A stretch of 63,694 nucleotides of DNA, filler included, from Hyphochytrium catenoides (GCA_900088475.1; 12 parts of 12 records of this genome joined end to end with filler, not necessarily neighbours in it), one strand, 5' to 3'; positions 49,365 through 62,970 are shown, numbered from the whole stretch's first letter. Notes: generated by a model from the letters alone, not told the origin. Program-made: numbers and translations.

Positions 49365-50270
49365 TTAGAATTTGCAGTGATAGGGAAACCTTGGGACTGG
49401 AATGGTGTCCCGGATGTTCTCGATGCCGGTCAGATACTGAAGCAGCCGCTCGAACCCCATTCCCCAACCTCCATGCGGGACAGTGCCAAACCTAAAGCGG
49501 AAGGACGAAAAGTCCATGAACAGCCTAGGTTAGGGGGAGTAGATCTTAAGGGCACTGCAGAAGACAGAAGGGCACAGTTGACCATGGGGTCTAGACAGAG
49601 GTAGGATAGAGGAAGATAGGGCATACCTTCTAAGGTCGAGATACCATGATAGATCCGTTCCGTCAGACACAGCTCCTGCAGTATAATCCGCTAGAGTTCA
49701 AGCATTAGTGAATAATAGAAGAGCCACGCTAGCAAGTCTGCGATGATAAAATGAAAGCCTTTGGCCAGAATTAGTGAAGAGAGAAAATCATTCCGCTTAC
49801 CAGGTAGGATACCCATCTTCTTCATCTTGTCTGCCAAAACATCGAAACGCTCTTCTCTCACGCTGCCCCCTACTAGCTCGCCTGTGCACAAGTGCGCCGA
49901 GTGAGACATATCACCAATGCCCCAAAAGGACGGCTGAGGCCACCCGAAGCTACTCTGCGGTCTTTGTCCGCGTTCGGAAAGAGCTCTCTTTGCTCTCTGC
50001 CATGCGTCACTCAATGCATCTGACCCGTCGGTAGGGAGCGCCCCGTACAGACCCCTAGTCAAGACGACCGCGCGCAGTAGATCCCTTCTGCTACAACCCT
50101 TTTGTCGTGGGTCGCTCGAATTTGCTTTTCGCTTTTATATTTCTTACCTATTCGCGGCACGAGGAGGTCTAAAGCTGCCACAGTTTTCCCATCGTCATTC
50201 TCTCTCATGTAGAAAGCCTTAATATCCCGAGGATAATCCGTGATAAATACTGCGCCATTGATATATCTGT

Positions 50271-50327
<57 letters not shown>

Positions 50328-51501
50328 AGTAGTGAGCACTATGACCACTTCGAAAAGGGAAAAGCGGGGTAGGATAAGGCTTTTTAAAAACCAGCCAGCA
50401 AAAGAGGAATTAAGGCCGTAAGTGAGAGTTACTGACTCTTCCGCGAGATATCTCTCGTGCTCTGTCCCGAGGTCCATCCCCCAGTGCGGCTGAACCTTCC
50501 AATCCCTACTTCTTCCAACTTTCTGCAGTACCTCTACCGCCTCAGTGTAGGACAGCCGAGGTATTGGTGAATCTAGCGACTTTGACAAGCGATCTAAGAC
50601 ACAATGGCGAAGGAGGGGTAAGGAAGTCATCGGCGCGGGTCTTTGGAGAAAGGCAGATAAATGATGGAGCTCTTAAACGAAGTTACGTGAGGGAGGGCTT
50701 CAGATGCCTCGCCGGGCGGGCCTAAGGCAAGAAATAAGGAACAAGGCTAGCAGATAGAATGAAATTGACCCACCTATCAGTCCCTTCTCTACTCTTTGGT
50801 CAAAAAAGTGAAGATCTTCCTGATTCTCGGTAAGTACTGAGGCCACCACGTACTTCAAGCAGCTCTCAGCAAGGGACGAAACGCTCTCCAGGTCTGCAAC
50901 ATAGACATGAGACAAATGAACAAACGCGGCACATAGATGGAAAGGAAAGATGGGAAAGGGTTATCGCAGCTTCGTCAGCCTGCTGAGCTGCGGGAGCCAA
51001 CGTTACGACGCTCTACCACTGGAAAAGAAGTATAAATGGAAGAATCGAACACATGGCCAGAGCCTCCGAGGCTCTCCTTGCAGCAACAAACTAGCTGCAA
51101 GGAGAGGTTGGTGAAGAGTGACAACACCTGCAAAGGCTATTTCAGGTTCAACCATCCAGAATTCAGCCAGATGGCGACTGGTTTGACTGTTCTCTGCTCT
51201 AAATGTTGGGCCAAAGGTATAAACCTGAGAGATAAAGATAAGAGGGCTAGAATGTGAAGCAAGCAAGCAAACAGGCAAAGAGCTGGAAAAACTACAGCAA
51301 GTAATTGTCTGCACTTCAGGGTCGCAAGTAGCCCGTCCTAGGACGGAGAAGAGGTCATCAAGGTAGATGCATCTGAGCTCTAGAGTCGCATGTAGGGATG
51401 CAGAAATGACCCAAAGTTCAATAGCGAATCTTGAGTATGCCCGCAACTACTAGGGTCTGACCTTGGAGAGTCCGCATGCAAACATCTCTGCCTCCAGCTG
51501 A
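49365..51501 (-). CDS. NARS2: Asparaginyl-tRNA synthetase, bacterial/organellar type, 5'-partial, multi-exon
   Basis: Spliced motifs [80 protein letters not shown] and [36 protein letters not shown] at 49367-49365. Confidence 0.92.
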
Positions 51502-51607
51502 NNNNNNNNNNNNNNNNNNNNNNNNNNNNNNNNNNNNNNNNNNNNTTAATTAATTAANNNNNNNNNNNNNNNNNNNNNNNNNNNNNNNNNNNNNNNNNNN
51601 NGTCTGT

Positions 51608-51665
<58 letters not shown>

Positions 51666-51964
51666 TTCTCTATCTCTTTCTCTCTTTTTTTCTTGCGGTT
51701 CCTGTTCTCTGTCTCCTCTGCCTTCAGTGATCTTTGCTTAGGCTGTGCTCCAGTTCTCTGTCTTTGCAGATCTGAGCGCTTTTTTCCTCTTATTTTCCTC
51801 TTTTCGTCTCTCTTGCTTTCCTCTTTTCTCTTTCTTGCTTGTGCAAGAGCTGCACGACGTTCGCTTCCCTTTCGGTCGTGTTAGTTTCTTGAGAATGTCC
51901 GTTTGCTTTGTGAGATTTCGTGATGTCTAACGACTCAGCGTTGGCAGCGCTTTCAGTTACGCTC

Positions 51965-52029
<65 letters not shown>

Positions 52030-52112
52030 TTTTTTTCTTTTTCTCTCTCTCTCTTGCTCTCTCTCCCTCACCTTTTCTTCTTCTCCCTTGCTTATGTGGT
52101 ATATTTGTCTAG

Positions 52113-52554
52113 GCCTTTGTGTTTGCCCACCCTGTATCGCCTTAGTGTTCGAGTACTGTGAGTACAGCAGCTTGGACAATGTGCTCACTGCAGACTGCAA
52201 GTACGTGCCTTGTGACGTCTGACTAAGGGAGAAGGGAAAAGAGAGAGCATAGGCCACGGAGAAGAGCGGGGACAAACGATCAGGATAGCGACAGGGTAGA
52301 GAAAGAGGAGAGAGCGTGCACATGGGGAGAGGAGCAGTACCGAGGGGATTAGCTCTAGAATAGAGAGAAGGCTTAGTCACAGTGTAGGAGTTGTTCAGGC
52401 GGAACATAATGCTTGGATCTTGTCTCTCATTCTCTCCTCTCAGGTGGGACGTTGCCATGAAGATGAAAGCATGGACTCACGCCTGTCGCGCAGTGGCTTA
52501 CATGCATTCGTTTGACCAGCCGTTCCTCCACCGGTAATACCAAGGAGATCCCGG

Positions 52555-52590
<36 letters not shown>

Positions 52591-54020
52591 CTCTTTCTTT
52601 TCTCTCTCTCTCTCTCTATCTGCCATCTGTCATCCACGTTTTGATCTCTCTTCTTCAACTGCTCTCGGTCCCTCTAGTTCTCTCTCTCCTTCTTCTCATT
52701 CTCGCTCGTTGCTCTGCGTCTCTCCTTCTTCTCTCCAGAGACATCAAGACAAGCAACTTTCTCTTAGACGAGCACTACGTGGTCAAGCTCACGGACTTTG
52801 GCGAGGCGAACTTGCTCCAGCCCACTAATGACGGAACTATGACCATTTGCGGGACAGTAGACTTTATGGTGAGATAGGCTTCTCTCTCTCTCTCTCTCTG
52901 TCAGTCCCTCTCCTCTCTCTGCGTACACGTATTTCTCTCTCTCCCTCTCTCTCTCTCTATCGCTGTAGCTCTCCTTCAACTTTCTCTGTGCCGGTGCTTT
53001 TATAAGGCCGCTTGACTTGCTTATCGAGTTCTCAAGATCAATATTCCCGTCACCCGTCGCTCGTCCTCCAACTCTTAGTGTCTCTCCCTCTCTATGCAGT
53101 AGAGGCTCTCTCGATTGCGTTCAGCTCTCTCTTAGACAGTCCTTTTCTCTCTTGTCAATGGATGTACCTCAACACCAACTCCCGCTCAAACTTCTCTCCC
53201 TCTCCCAGGCGCCAGAGATTATCTCGTCAAATAGCAGAAACGCTGTGTACGGCACTCCTGCGGACGTGTACAGCCTGACCGTCTCTCTCTGGCACATGCT
53301 TTTCCCAGGGAAGAGTCCCTATCCAGCGAAGAACCATCTGCAGGTATCAATCCTCTTCTTCCTCTCCTCTATCTAGAGATCTGTTTTGTCTTCCTTCTTC
53401 TGTCTTTCAACGTAACAAAATCGGTTCTCTTCTTTTGATGTAAACAGGAGTATCTCCCTCGCTCTGTCCCTCTCTCGCTCTTGCTCTGTCCCTTTAGCGA
53501 GCGCGCTCCGTCTCTCTCGCGCACGCTCTCTCTCTCCCCTTGCGTTAGTCTCTTCCTTTTGTCTTTTACCCTCTTCACATTCACCACGTCGCAGGATTCA
53601 TTTGTCTCTGTTCTTTTCTCATTCTCAATGCTCTTGTTTCATCCTCAGCGCTCGTTTTCTTTGTTTGCTATGTTGGACCATTTTCTTTCTCTCTCTCCCT
53701 CTCTCCTTGCGTTTGCCCTCACGCGCAAGCATGGACTCTTGCTCTCGCTTACCTTCTCGCTCTTTCTTCTTTCTCGCACATAGGTGTACAGCTCTGTCAT
53801 ACAAGGGGTCCGTCCCTCTCTCCCTCCCTCGACGAACAAACAGTGCGCAGATCTCCTCCGCAGGGGCTGGGCGGCAGACCCAGCGCTGCGGCCGTCGGCG
53901 GCCCAACTGGCGGAGGAAGCTCAGGCGCTGTGGCTGCTGGCCAGTCACGGAGGAGGATTGAAAAGATGCAGGGAGGAGTATTATGAGAGCGTGGAGCACG
54001 AGGTTCTCGTTCCCTCATAA
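52113..54020 (+). CDS. Protein kinase, TKL-like, 5'-partial (at least 5 exons)
   Basis: Spliced GLCVCPPCIALVFEYC, AVAYMHS....LHR-DIKTSNFLL...VKLTDFG, CGTVDFM-APE, ADVYS and W..DP..RPSA. Confidence 0.9.
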
Positions 54021-54964
54021 GCGAGAGAGAGAGAGAGAGGGAGAATTTTCGGGCTAGTAGTGCTAGAGTACATGGAGACAGCACAGAGAGAGGAGAGAGA
54101 GAGAAAGAGAAGAAGAGAAAGACAGAGAAAGAGAAGCTGCCATGCCCTCCTCTCCGTGAAAGCCAGAGTTCTTAGCTAGGTCACAAGAGGCAACAAATAT
54201 TTGATCGGACTTTGTCTCTTGAGCTGGAAAGAGAGACACGTAGCGTTTGAGTCACCAAGAGTCAGTTATAACTGGCGCCTCTCTCTCTCTCTTTCATTTG
54301 GGACCGAACTTCTTTTCTACCTTATATAGCTAGACGGGAGAAGAGAAGAGGAAGAATGAAGAGATCTAGAGAGTTGTCGGTCTCGTTTGCCTAGTAACAC
54401 CAATAATCTGACTATATACCGACGCGGCCACTCAGCTCTTCCTATGGACTGCTTCTCTCCCCGCTAGACAAGGAAAATGGCATCAATACTTTCCTGCACA
54501 TCTATGCTGACAGAGAGAGAGAGTAGCTGGCGTACGCAGAGAGAGAGAGAGAGTGCAAACCGGAGGGAGAGAAAGAGATGAGGGGAAGGTTACATAGCCC
54601 TGATTGCCGCACTAGAGGGATGTCTGTCGCGCCATCGCGGCGAAACAAAGGCAATGATGGAGGTGACGGTGGAGAGAGAAATCCAGGAAAGAGAAGATGG
54701 TTTATCCATGCCTTTCCAGGCTCTGGACCTCTAACCAGCAGTTACTTTGACAGGCAAGAGACACGATGTGTCTCCCTTTTGGGGAGCAACAAAGGCAGTT
54801 CATTGACTCGTCTTAGAGCTTATAAGAGAGAAAGTGAAGGAGAGAGCAAAACTGAGCATCTCTCTCCATCCTCTTCCTCCTACATAGGAACATTGCGCAA
54901 GGCAGAGAGAAGAGTAAACTGCATCTACTCTCTCTCGTTTCTCGATGTTCCTGTGGCAACCCCT

Positions 54965-55665
54965 TTAAGTGCTGGTAAGCGGCTTACGCGCGAGGAAGAA
55001 ATAGTCAGGAGAGAAAATCTCCTTCTTCCCGCCGTCCACAAGGTCATCGGCTGTGAGATTGAGCATCTCACTTACACGGGCAGCGCCCTTGGGAGCGATG
55101 CCCAGCATCTCCAGAGAGGAGACGAGAGCATGAGTGCAGACTCTGCAAGAAGAAGAGAAAAAAAAAAGAGAGAGGGAAGAACCATAGATTAGGATGAAGA
55201 ACGATTAACCCTTCCTTCTCCTATCCCCATTTACTCTCTTGCAAACGGGACTACTATCCTTCCTCTAGCTTCTTCCTCCTCTTGATACCATCTCACCTAC
55301 CTGCCTTTGCTCTCTTTCTTCCTCTCTCTCTGTCTCTCTCTCTCCCTCTCTCTGTCTCTCTCTCTCCCCTTCTCTCTCTTTGTCACCCCATGGCCCTGGC
55401 TCTCGGGCTAGCTCACCTTCCGATGCGGGTCATTCTGAAGCCCGAAAGCGTCATTTTCCCATCCAAAGTGTCATACCACGGGACCTGCCCCTTGTCATGA
55501 ACCTTCTCGTGCATATCGTACGATTCCAGAACCTCAAATCCACACTTTCGCAGGGCCGCGACAACCTGCTGAGGCGACGCCATCGGAGGCAGTCCGTTCC
55601 CCATCTCAATCCCTTCTTTGATAGCCACGTGCCGAGGGTCAGAGCCGTTAAACCTGGCAGTAAAA

Positions 55666-55708
<43 letters not shown>

Positions 55709-56536
55709 AGGTAAGCTGGGTTCAATATGGAAAAGAGCGGAGGACCGGCTCTCTCTCTATAGGGCGAACTGGCGATTGCACTTGTGCTTCTTTCTCACTG
55801 GTTTTTCCCTCTCTCTCTCTCTCTCCTTCTCTCCCTCTCTCTTCGCGCACTCTTCTCTGCCACCCACTTACTTTTCGGTGACGACCCACTCGTAGCCGGC
55901 GAAGAGTCCCCCAGGCTTCAGTACGCGGAAAGCTTCACCGTAAGCCGCCACCTTGTCTGGAGCGTGGCACGTGGACTCAATGGCGTACACCGCGTCAAAG
56001 TGATTATCTGACCAGGGCTAGAGCAGAACGCAGAGAGTGAGACACAGAGAGAGAGAGAGAGAAAACTAGAGAGAAAGAGATCACTATGAGGCCCAAAAAT
56101 GTTCGCAAAAGTATGAATGGGATGCATAAGATTTACTGGCGTTGTCCTCTTCTCTCCCTTTCCCTCGTTTAGTCCTAAAACCCCTCCTATGGCCTCTACT
56201 GTCTCTTCCTTTCTCTCTCTCTCTCTTTCTCTCTTCCATTCGCAACAGGACGTCTTACCATCTTCATGAAGTCTCCCTGTACGATCTTGCACTTGTCAGC
56301 CAGTCCTTTCTGCTCATTATATTTGTTGCCCACTTTGACTTGGTACTGGTTGATCGTAAGCCCGAGAACATTAGCGGACGAGAAGCGCGCTATCTCCCTC
56401 ATTGGTCCTCCGATGCCGCAGCCCATATCGAGAGCAACCTTTCCTTCTCCAAGAGCGAGAGAGAGAGCGAGAAAGTGCTCCGAACGGCGAATGGACTCTA
56501 GAAAAGTTTCATCCTCATAGCTGAGGAGAGAGGAAA

Positions 56537-56570
<34 letters not shown>

Positions 56571-57703
56571 AGAAGAGTCGGAAGAGAGAAATGTCAGGAA
56601 GTAAGAGAGTTATGGAAGGTACCAAGGGGAAGGCCCATTTAAAGTCTATGCAAAGGAGAGAGAACGAGAGAGATCAACAGATATGATGGTAGCGCTAACC
56701 AGAGAGGAGAGAGAGGCTAGCTTTACCTGACGACGGAGAATAAAATAGAAAGACGCGCTCGTGGAAGAGCGAGAGAGAGAGAGAGAGGAAGAGAGAGAGG
56801 AAGAGAGAGAGAGATAGAAAGAGAACGCTAGAGATAGGATGAAAGAGAGAGAGAGAGATAGGAAGAGATAGAGAGAGAGAGGAAGAAAGAGAGAGAGAGA
56901 GAGTCTCTTTACCGCTGGGCGAAGTGGAAGGACTGGCACCATCCATACTCATAGAAGTCCGTGACAAGATCATAGAAGTTGTTCACCATCAGGTCATAGT
57001 TCTTCACTCTTCTCTCTTTGCTCTCTTCTGTCTCCAAGCCTCCTGCTTTCTTTCTGTCATAGCCTTTGAACAGCTCGTCGTACTGCTGAACAGACTGCTG
57101 CACGCCCTCACGAGACAGAGTGGAGTCAGCATTGTGAGCGAGACGGGCAAGAGCGACGACCGTGTTATCAAAGTCTTTTCCCTTTCTCTCTGGCGCCGTG
57201 TGCGCCTCATAGAGTTGGGAGAGAATGTACATCGCGGCGGCAGTGAGAAAGGCGATGAAGAGAGTCAGAGCGATGACTTTTTGGTTATCGTACGCCCAGA
57301 TAGAGGCCCAAGCCATGGAATCCTGCAGTGTCTCCATCACCGCTGGGAAGAGAGAGAGAAGAGAGAGAGAAAAGTGAGAGAGAGAGAGTACATTTAGCTA
57401 GACAACGTGAACAGATAGAAAGAAACAGGAGTTTGGGAGCAGTAACCCGAGAGAGAGACAGACAGAAAGAGTGATAGAAGATAACGATAAGCGGAAGGCG
57501 ATGGAGGTTTGCAAAGAGAAGAGATAAGAGAGGTCACCAAGAGAAAGTTATATACAAAGATCCATCTTCATGAGCCAGAAAGTAGAAGAAGCCGAGAAGG
57601 GAAAAAGAGAGAGAAAGCGAGAAGAAAAAAGAGAGAGATGTGGTGACAAATGGACCTTACCTTCGCTGGTGAGCAGCGCTAACGCTGCCAGGATGATGTA
57701 CAT
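54965..57703 (-). CDS. SMT1: Sterol 24-C-methyltransferase with a hydrophobic N-terminal extension (6 exons)
   Basis: Exons from 57703-57661 and 57342-56913 through to TAA at 54967-54965. Motifs [70 protein letters not shown] and FFLARKP. First exon inferred from splice phase. Confidence 0.92.
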
Positions 57704-60700
57704 CGTAAAGAGAGAGAGGGTTCAACAACCCCTACTTGCAAAGAGAGAAGGAGAGGCGAGGGAAAGACGATCGACAGTCGGTTGAGACGACGCTTGAGCT
57801 GCAGAGCGCGCTTGGCCTCTGCTGAGCTGCTGAAAGAAGGAAACTGAAGAGGAGAGAATGAGTCGGCACTGCAGAGAGGGAGCGAAAGAGAGAGCTAGAG
57901 AGAGAGAGAGAGAGAGAGAGATAGGGAGGCTGCAGCTGAGGCTGCCCTGCCCACTGGTGATTGCTTGGATGCCCCTGGCCCCTGGACTAGGTATCAATGG
58001 AGAAGAAGAGAGAGACAGGAGGGATGACCAAAGTTGGAGAAAGAGAGAGAGAGAGAGAGAGAAGGAGAGAGACAGAAAGAGTATAATCAGGGAAGAGACA
58101 GACAGGAAGTGCAGAAGGCGTTTTGGATATGTTCCTACAAGACAGAATGATGCATGTAAGATGTGTGTTTGTCCGATAATACCTGTAACGCCATAGATCC
58201 AACAAACGCAACAATCACTCCAAACATTTTGAACATCAATAACCAGTATTACTACGACTTCTGAACTTTACCATATATATCTATAATGCGGATAGCCTAA
58301 GATCTCGCAATATTACTACTGCTGGTGTTCGATGGATCTTTTTTCTGCAGGCATGCCATTATTCCTAATCCTATGCATTCCCATTTTCAACCGATGAGCC
58401 TGGAGGAAGTTTCTTTCTGATCTGCACGAGCAGAGGAGAGGAGGAGTCTGAAAGGGAAAGAGAGAGACCGACGGAGAAATCCAGGGAGAGAGAAAGAGTG
58501 AAAAGGGGAGAGAGAGNNNNNNNNNNNNNNNNNNNNNNNNNNNNAGAGAGAGAGAGAGAGTGAGAGGAAAAGAGAGAAAGAGAGAAAACGGGTGTAACAG
58601 GCAAACAAGATTATCAGCAACAATGAACGAGAGATAGAGTGGGACTGTGAGGTGGAAAGGAGGCAAGGGCGATACGATCCTTGTAGAGAGAAAAGAGAAC
58701 AGTTACTTAATTAGGACTCTCCTACGACGTAGGAACTAACTCGGAGCATATAAAGGTTCTACGAGAGAGATGTGACTTGCTCCTCTTTCTCACTCACTCA
58801 CTCTCTCTCTCTCCTCTCTCTCTCATCTCTCTCTCTCTCTGTGTAAGCAGCGTCACCCAGCACAGAAAGGCGCACATCATCTTCGAGATACACTCTTTCT
58901 GTGCCTTCACTCAATCAGCATCAGCACGGTCATCGCCAGCGCGGCACATGAGAGAGACAGAGATACGGAGAGAAGGGCGGCAGAGAGAAGAGAAGAGAGT
59001 AGTTCAGCATCAGCTAATTCACTTTTGAACGTAGAACTGTTCCTTTCGAAGAGAGGAAGACGGGTTATCCCAATCTCTCCTTTCATCTGAATCATTTCTT
59101 CTCCCTCTCTCTCTCTCTCTCCGTTTCCTGGTCTGTCCGTCTCTTCGCCTCTCTCTCTCCCCTCCTTCCTCCCACCACCCTGTTCTCTCTCCTACCTCTC
59201 ACATTGTGTTTTCATATCTTTTATGGTCTCCCTCCTCNNNNNNNNNNNNNNNNNNNNNNNNNNNNNNNNNNNNNNNNNNNNTTAATTAATTAANNNNNNN
59301 NNNNNNNNNNNNNNNNNNNNNNNNNNNNNNNNNNNNNGAGACTGAGGCGCGAGGTCAGCCCCACCATCCTCTACCGCGCCAGGAAAACCTAATATCCCCC
59401 CTCGGACATTTAACCTTCTTCTAGAGATTCTCTTGTTGGTCAGACGTGCATTAGGAAGAGAAGAAGAAGGGAAAGAATCCTTTGATGGTGATGATGGTGA
59501 CAGCGTTACCACTGAGCATCCTTCTTCTTGTTCTTCACTCACATCTTTCACCACCACCTCATTCGCTCAGATAGTCTTCTCTTTGCTGGTACTGTCCCCA
59601 CCAGTGCTGCTGCTGCCACGGCTACCACTAATATAATGAGTGTAGATCATCAGGNNNNNNNNNNNNNNNNNNNNNNNNNNNNNNNNNNNNNNNNNNNGGT
59701 GCCATTGATCTTCTCCGGCACCTGCTGCTTTCCTCATCCGCGGCGGGTTGTAGATGATGTTCTTCGACGACAGAAGGGCAGGTACGGCAACGAGCTAGCC
59801 TATGAAGAAGAAGATGATGATCCAACGGCCAGTAGTTTTGAGAGGAACGGGGAAAACCCAGCAGCTTCTTCTCTACCTTCTTCTTCTAAAACGACGGATG
59901 AACAGTCACAGAAAGACCAGGGCTGTTATGTTGTTGAAGACGCTGCTGGAGTTAGAACTCAAGAGCCATCACTAGGAAGGTCATCCGTCGTCGAAAGGTA
60001 GGATGATGGCAACGGCAATCCAATCTAGGCGAAGAAGAAAGTATTGGGAGGAAGGAGCTAAAGGTTATCGGCAAAGATCCTCTTTCCTCTGGGCAGTATA
60101 ATAGGTCTATTAGCGTCCGGTGTCCAGCAGAGATGCTGCTGCTGCTGAAGGTGAAAGCTCTATGATTGAGTTATATAATCGTCGTGGTAGGGACACTTCT
60201 CAAAATAAAGAAAGAGGCGGCTATGCTGGACCTTGATATTGTACTGTCGCTGCCGTGGTGGTGCAGCAGCAGCAGGCAGTGCCTTCTCTTCTCAAACTCC
60301 CATGGCCACATCGAGTGTCTCTCTTCTACTTCTGCTACAGCGAGATTGTACTACTTCTTGGCGCATATATAAACTGATGCTCATAATTCTGGACAGAGAG
60401 AAATCAAGGGATTAGCGGCACAACATCTGCAACTATTCTCCTTCTTCCACCTTTTGTCCTCAATATTATCCTTCTTGCTACTAGTGGCGTGGGCGAGGCG
60501 GCTGCGCTTTCCTTTTTTCTGGGCAAAAGAGTAAGCAGGAGATCCGCTTATTCAAAGACGCAGCCAGCAGTATGACAAGTCTCTTTCGTAAAGAAAGAAT
60601 CCTTGCAAGAAGATGATTGAATGAGAAGACTTTCAACTAGGATCATGAAGGAGCAGCTCGACAGGCAGGTAGGCAGCAGGGAGCAGGGCTATTCAACGGA

Positions 60701-60873
60701 CGATCTGGGTTCTCAATCAGTAGTTAATATAATGACACTCTAAGTGAATAGTGGAAAGAAGTTGTTGAGAGGGNNNNNNNNNNNNNNNNNNNNNNNNNNN
60801 NNNNNNNNNNNNNNNNNTTAATTAATTAANNNNNNNNNNNNNNNNNNNNNNNNNNNNNNNNNNNNNNNNNNNN

Positions 60874-62271
60874 ATTTTTGTGAGTGTCTTGACGTCTGAA
60901 AGGAGATTTTACTGATGAGAGAGAGTCAGAGACCAAACTGACAGTTGTGCAAGAGCCTAGGTTAGGTTAAGACTATAGCTTAAAGAGTGACCAGCTGCAT
61001 AGCTAAGAAAGATGACCTGCTTAAGGAGCTTCATCATGATTTGTTAATGCCAGCACCCTCTAGACTTCCTGTTGGACAAGGGGCTGATCTTCAGATTGTA
61101 TTTGATCACCAAGTGTCTTCTCTATGAGCATCCTCATCAGCACCTCCTTCTTTCTTACCGAATCCTGATCTGTTCTCCCCCTCAAATGCTTAAGAAGAAA
61201 TTGTGCATTTCTAGTAGTAGCCCGATTTTCCTTTAGAGAGATTGCGTTCATTGTCTCAATGGAGGCAGTCAGTTTACTCAGCTCCTTAGACTTCAATTGA
61301 GAGCTGTCAGCAACAGCTTCCGCGGCCTTCTGAATTGCCCCAAGCTGCTTCTGCTGTTCCTGCTGAGCCTTGGCACGTTTATTGCCCATTGGTTTGTCCT
61401 CTTGGCAACCCGCACCTTTCGGCGTTGTAGAGACTTCCCCTTCTAGCAATCCATTGCCGACAAGAAAGCGCTTACGGCAAGGCTCTCCTCCTGAGGACAG
61501 GGATGACGGGGAAGAAGTACTAGCTTCTACTACCCCCTTATCTCCTTCGTTACCGCCAGGAAGACCATGACGGAGGACAAAATCGTCATCATCCTCCATA
61601 GTTATTTAGCTCAGGGTTGAACTCAGGCAGTGCCTTAAGGACCTGCCAGCCCTCGAGAAACCTGAAAGAAGTTCCCTTTATTTGCTTAAAGAGCTCCAGA
61701 GCATCATCTAGGCGGTCCTCCTCTTCTGTTTTCCCAGACTCGTTCTTCTTCAAGATCTTCTGTCGATAGAACCCTGTGAACTTCATAGAATCTTCTCTGA
61801 TGCTAGCCCACCTATCCTTCAGCGATCGCCAGTCCCTTTTCACCTCCTTGGGAGCCCCTGGGTCATTATATACTTCAGGAAAGGCACGCTGAAAGACCTC
61901 AGTAATCGTAGCCCAAAAGTCAGCTGACTGTTGATCAGCTCCCTTGATAGGATCTTTAGTGGCATAAACATAGGCCTTGCAGAGCTGGGTATCCTCCCGG
62001 GTGGAATACTGCTTCCCGCGCCCCATGGTCTTCTTCTCCTAGGCAGCCTTTAAAGATAAGAACGAAAAGTGAAAGGAGGAACAGCGTGAGTAATAGCCAG
62101 CCGCTTGCTATTGCTGCTGCTAGTGTATGGCTTCGTCGTTTTGCCCCGCTGTTAAGGAGCTGGTATCTGCTGCTGGACTGCCAGCACCAGTCTCTGCCTA
62201 CTGCTGCTGCTGATCTCCTCCCGTCTTCATCAGTAAAATCTCCTTTCAGACGTCAAGACACTCACAAAAAT
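60874..62271. mobile_element. TIR-bounded non-autonomous DNA transposon carrying only a Myb/SANT-like gene (PIF/Harbinger-like)
   Basis: Perfect 45-bp inverted repeats at 60874-60918 and 62227-62271 (ATTTTTGTGAGTGTCTTGACGTCTGAAAGGAGATTTTACTGATGA), at both ends of the contig. No transposase inside. Confidence 0.7.
61060..62026 (-). pseudogene. Myb/SANT-like DNA-binding protein with a NAM-associated-type C-terminus; one frameshift near 61600
   Basis: YSTREDTQLCKAY...DPIKGADQ....FW..I, SLKDRW..I, F...Y, SGKTEED, FRFLEGWQVLK.LPEF, then KPMGNKRAKA in the next frame. This pattern is typical of Harbinger-associated Myb-like proteins. Confidence 0.75.
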
Positions 62272-62371
62272 NNNNNNNNNNNNNNNNNNNNNNNNNNNNN
62301 NNNNNNNNNNNNNNNTTAATTAATTAANNNNNNNNNNNNNNNNNNNNNNNNNNNNNNNNNNNNNNNNNNNN

Positions 62372-62970
62372 GCCCAATGCATCTGCCCAAAAAAAACAAG
62401 GCAGGTCAGTAGCAATCAGAAGGCGTCTCGTCGCCTGCATGACAGTTCTCATCAAGCGTTCTTAATAGCCGTTGCTAGAGGGGGAATAAGCAGGTGTAGG
62501 AGAGTGCAGCAAGATCCCCCGGCGAGAGCACACTGCGATCAGGCACTGCTAACGAACTTCCCCCCGCGATCGGAGCGTATCTCCTTCACGCGCTCACCCG
62601 TCTGGTTCTCCATGAAAAGAATGAACTCCTCCAACTTAGCTTCTGCTTCTCCTTTGCTCCGAAGAAATTGCACAAAGCACCTCCGAGAGGAGTGATCATC
62701 CACCACGAGCAGAAAATGTGCACAGCCTTGATAGCTACGAGTATTGACAATGCCAACGTCGGCGTGCAGAGGTTCCAGAAATTTTGTTGTCTTACGGGGC
62801 TGAGCGTGGTAAGGTTTACGAGTTAGGTTCGGTCGCAAGAATGCAGGTCTCACAAAGACAGAGCTGCTGAGAAGCTCTATCAAGGGCTATACCGGAAGCC
62901 TGCAGGGCTAGTCTTCGAATATCTGTGTGGTTGAGAGATTAAGCCATTTGTGCCAGAGGGTGATAGGCTC
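62372..62970 (-). mobile_element. Degenerate Ty1/Copia integrase (pre-integrase plus rve core) remnant
   Basis: LWHKWL, LHADV, HFLLVVDDHS, VQFLRSKGE, ENQTGERVKEIRSDRGGKF, PAYSPSSNG and LP.FFWADA, with internal stops. Confidence 0.85.
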
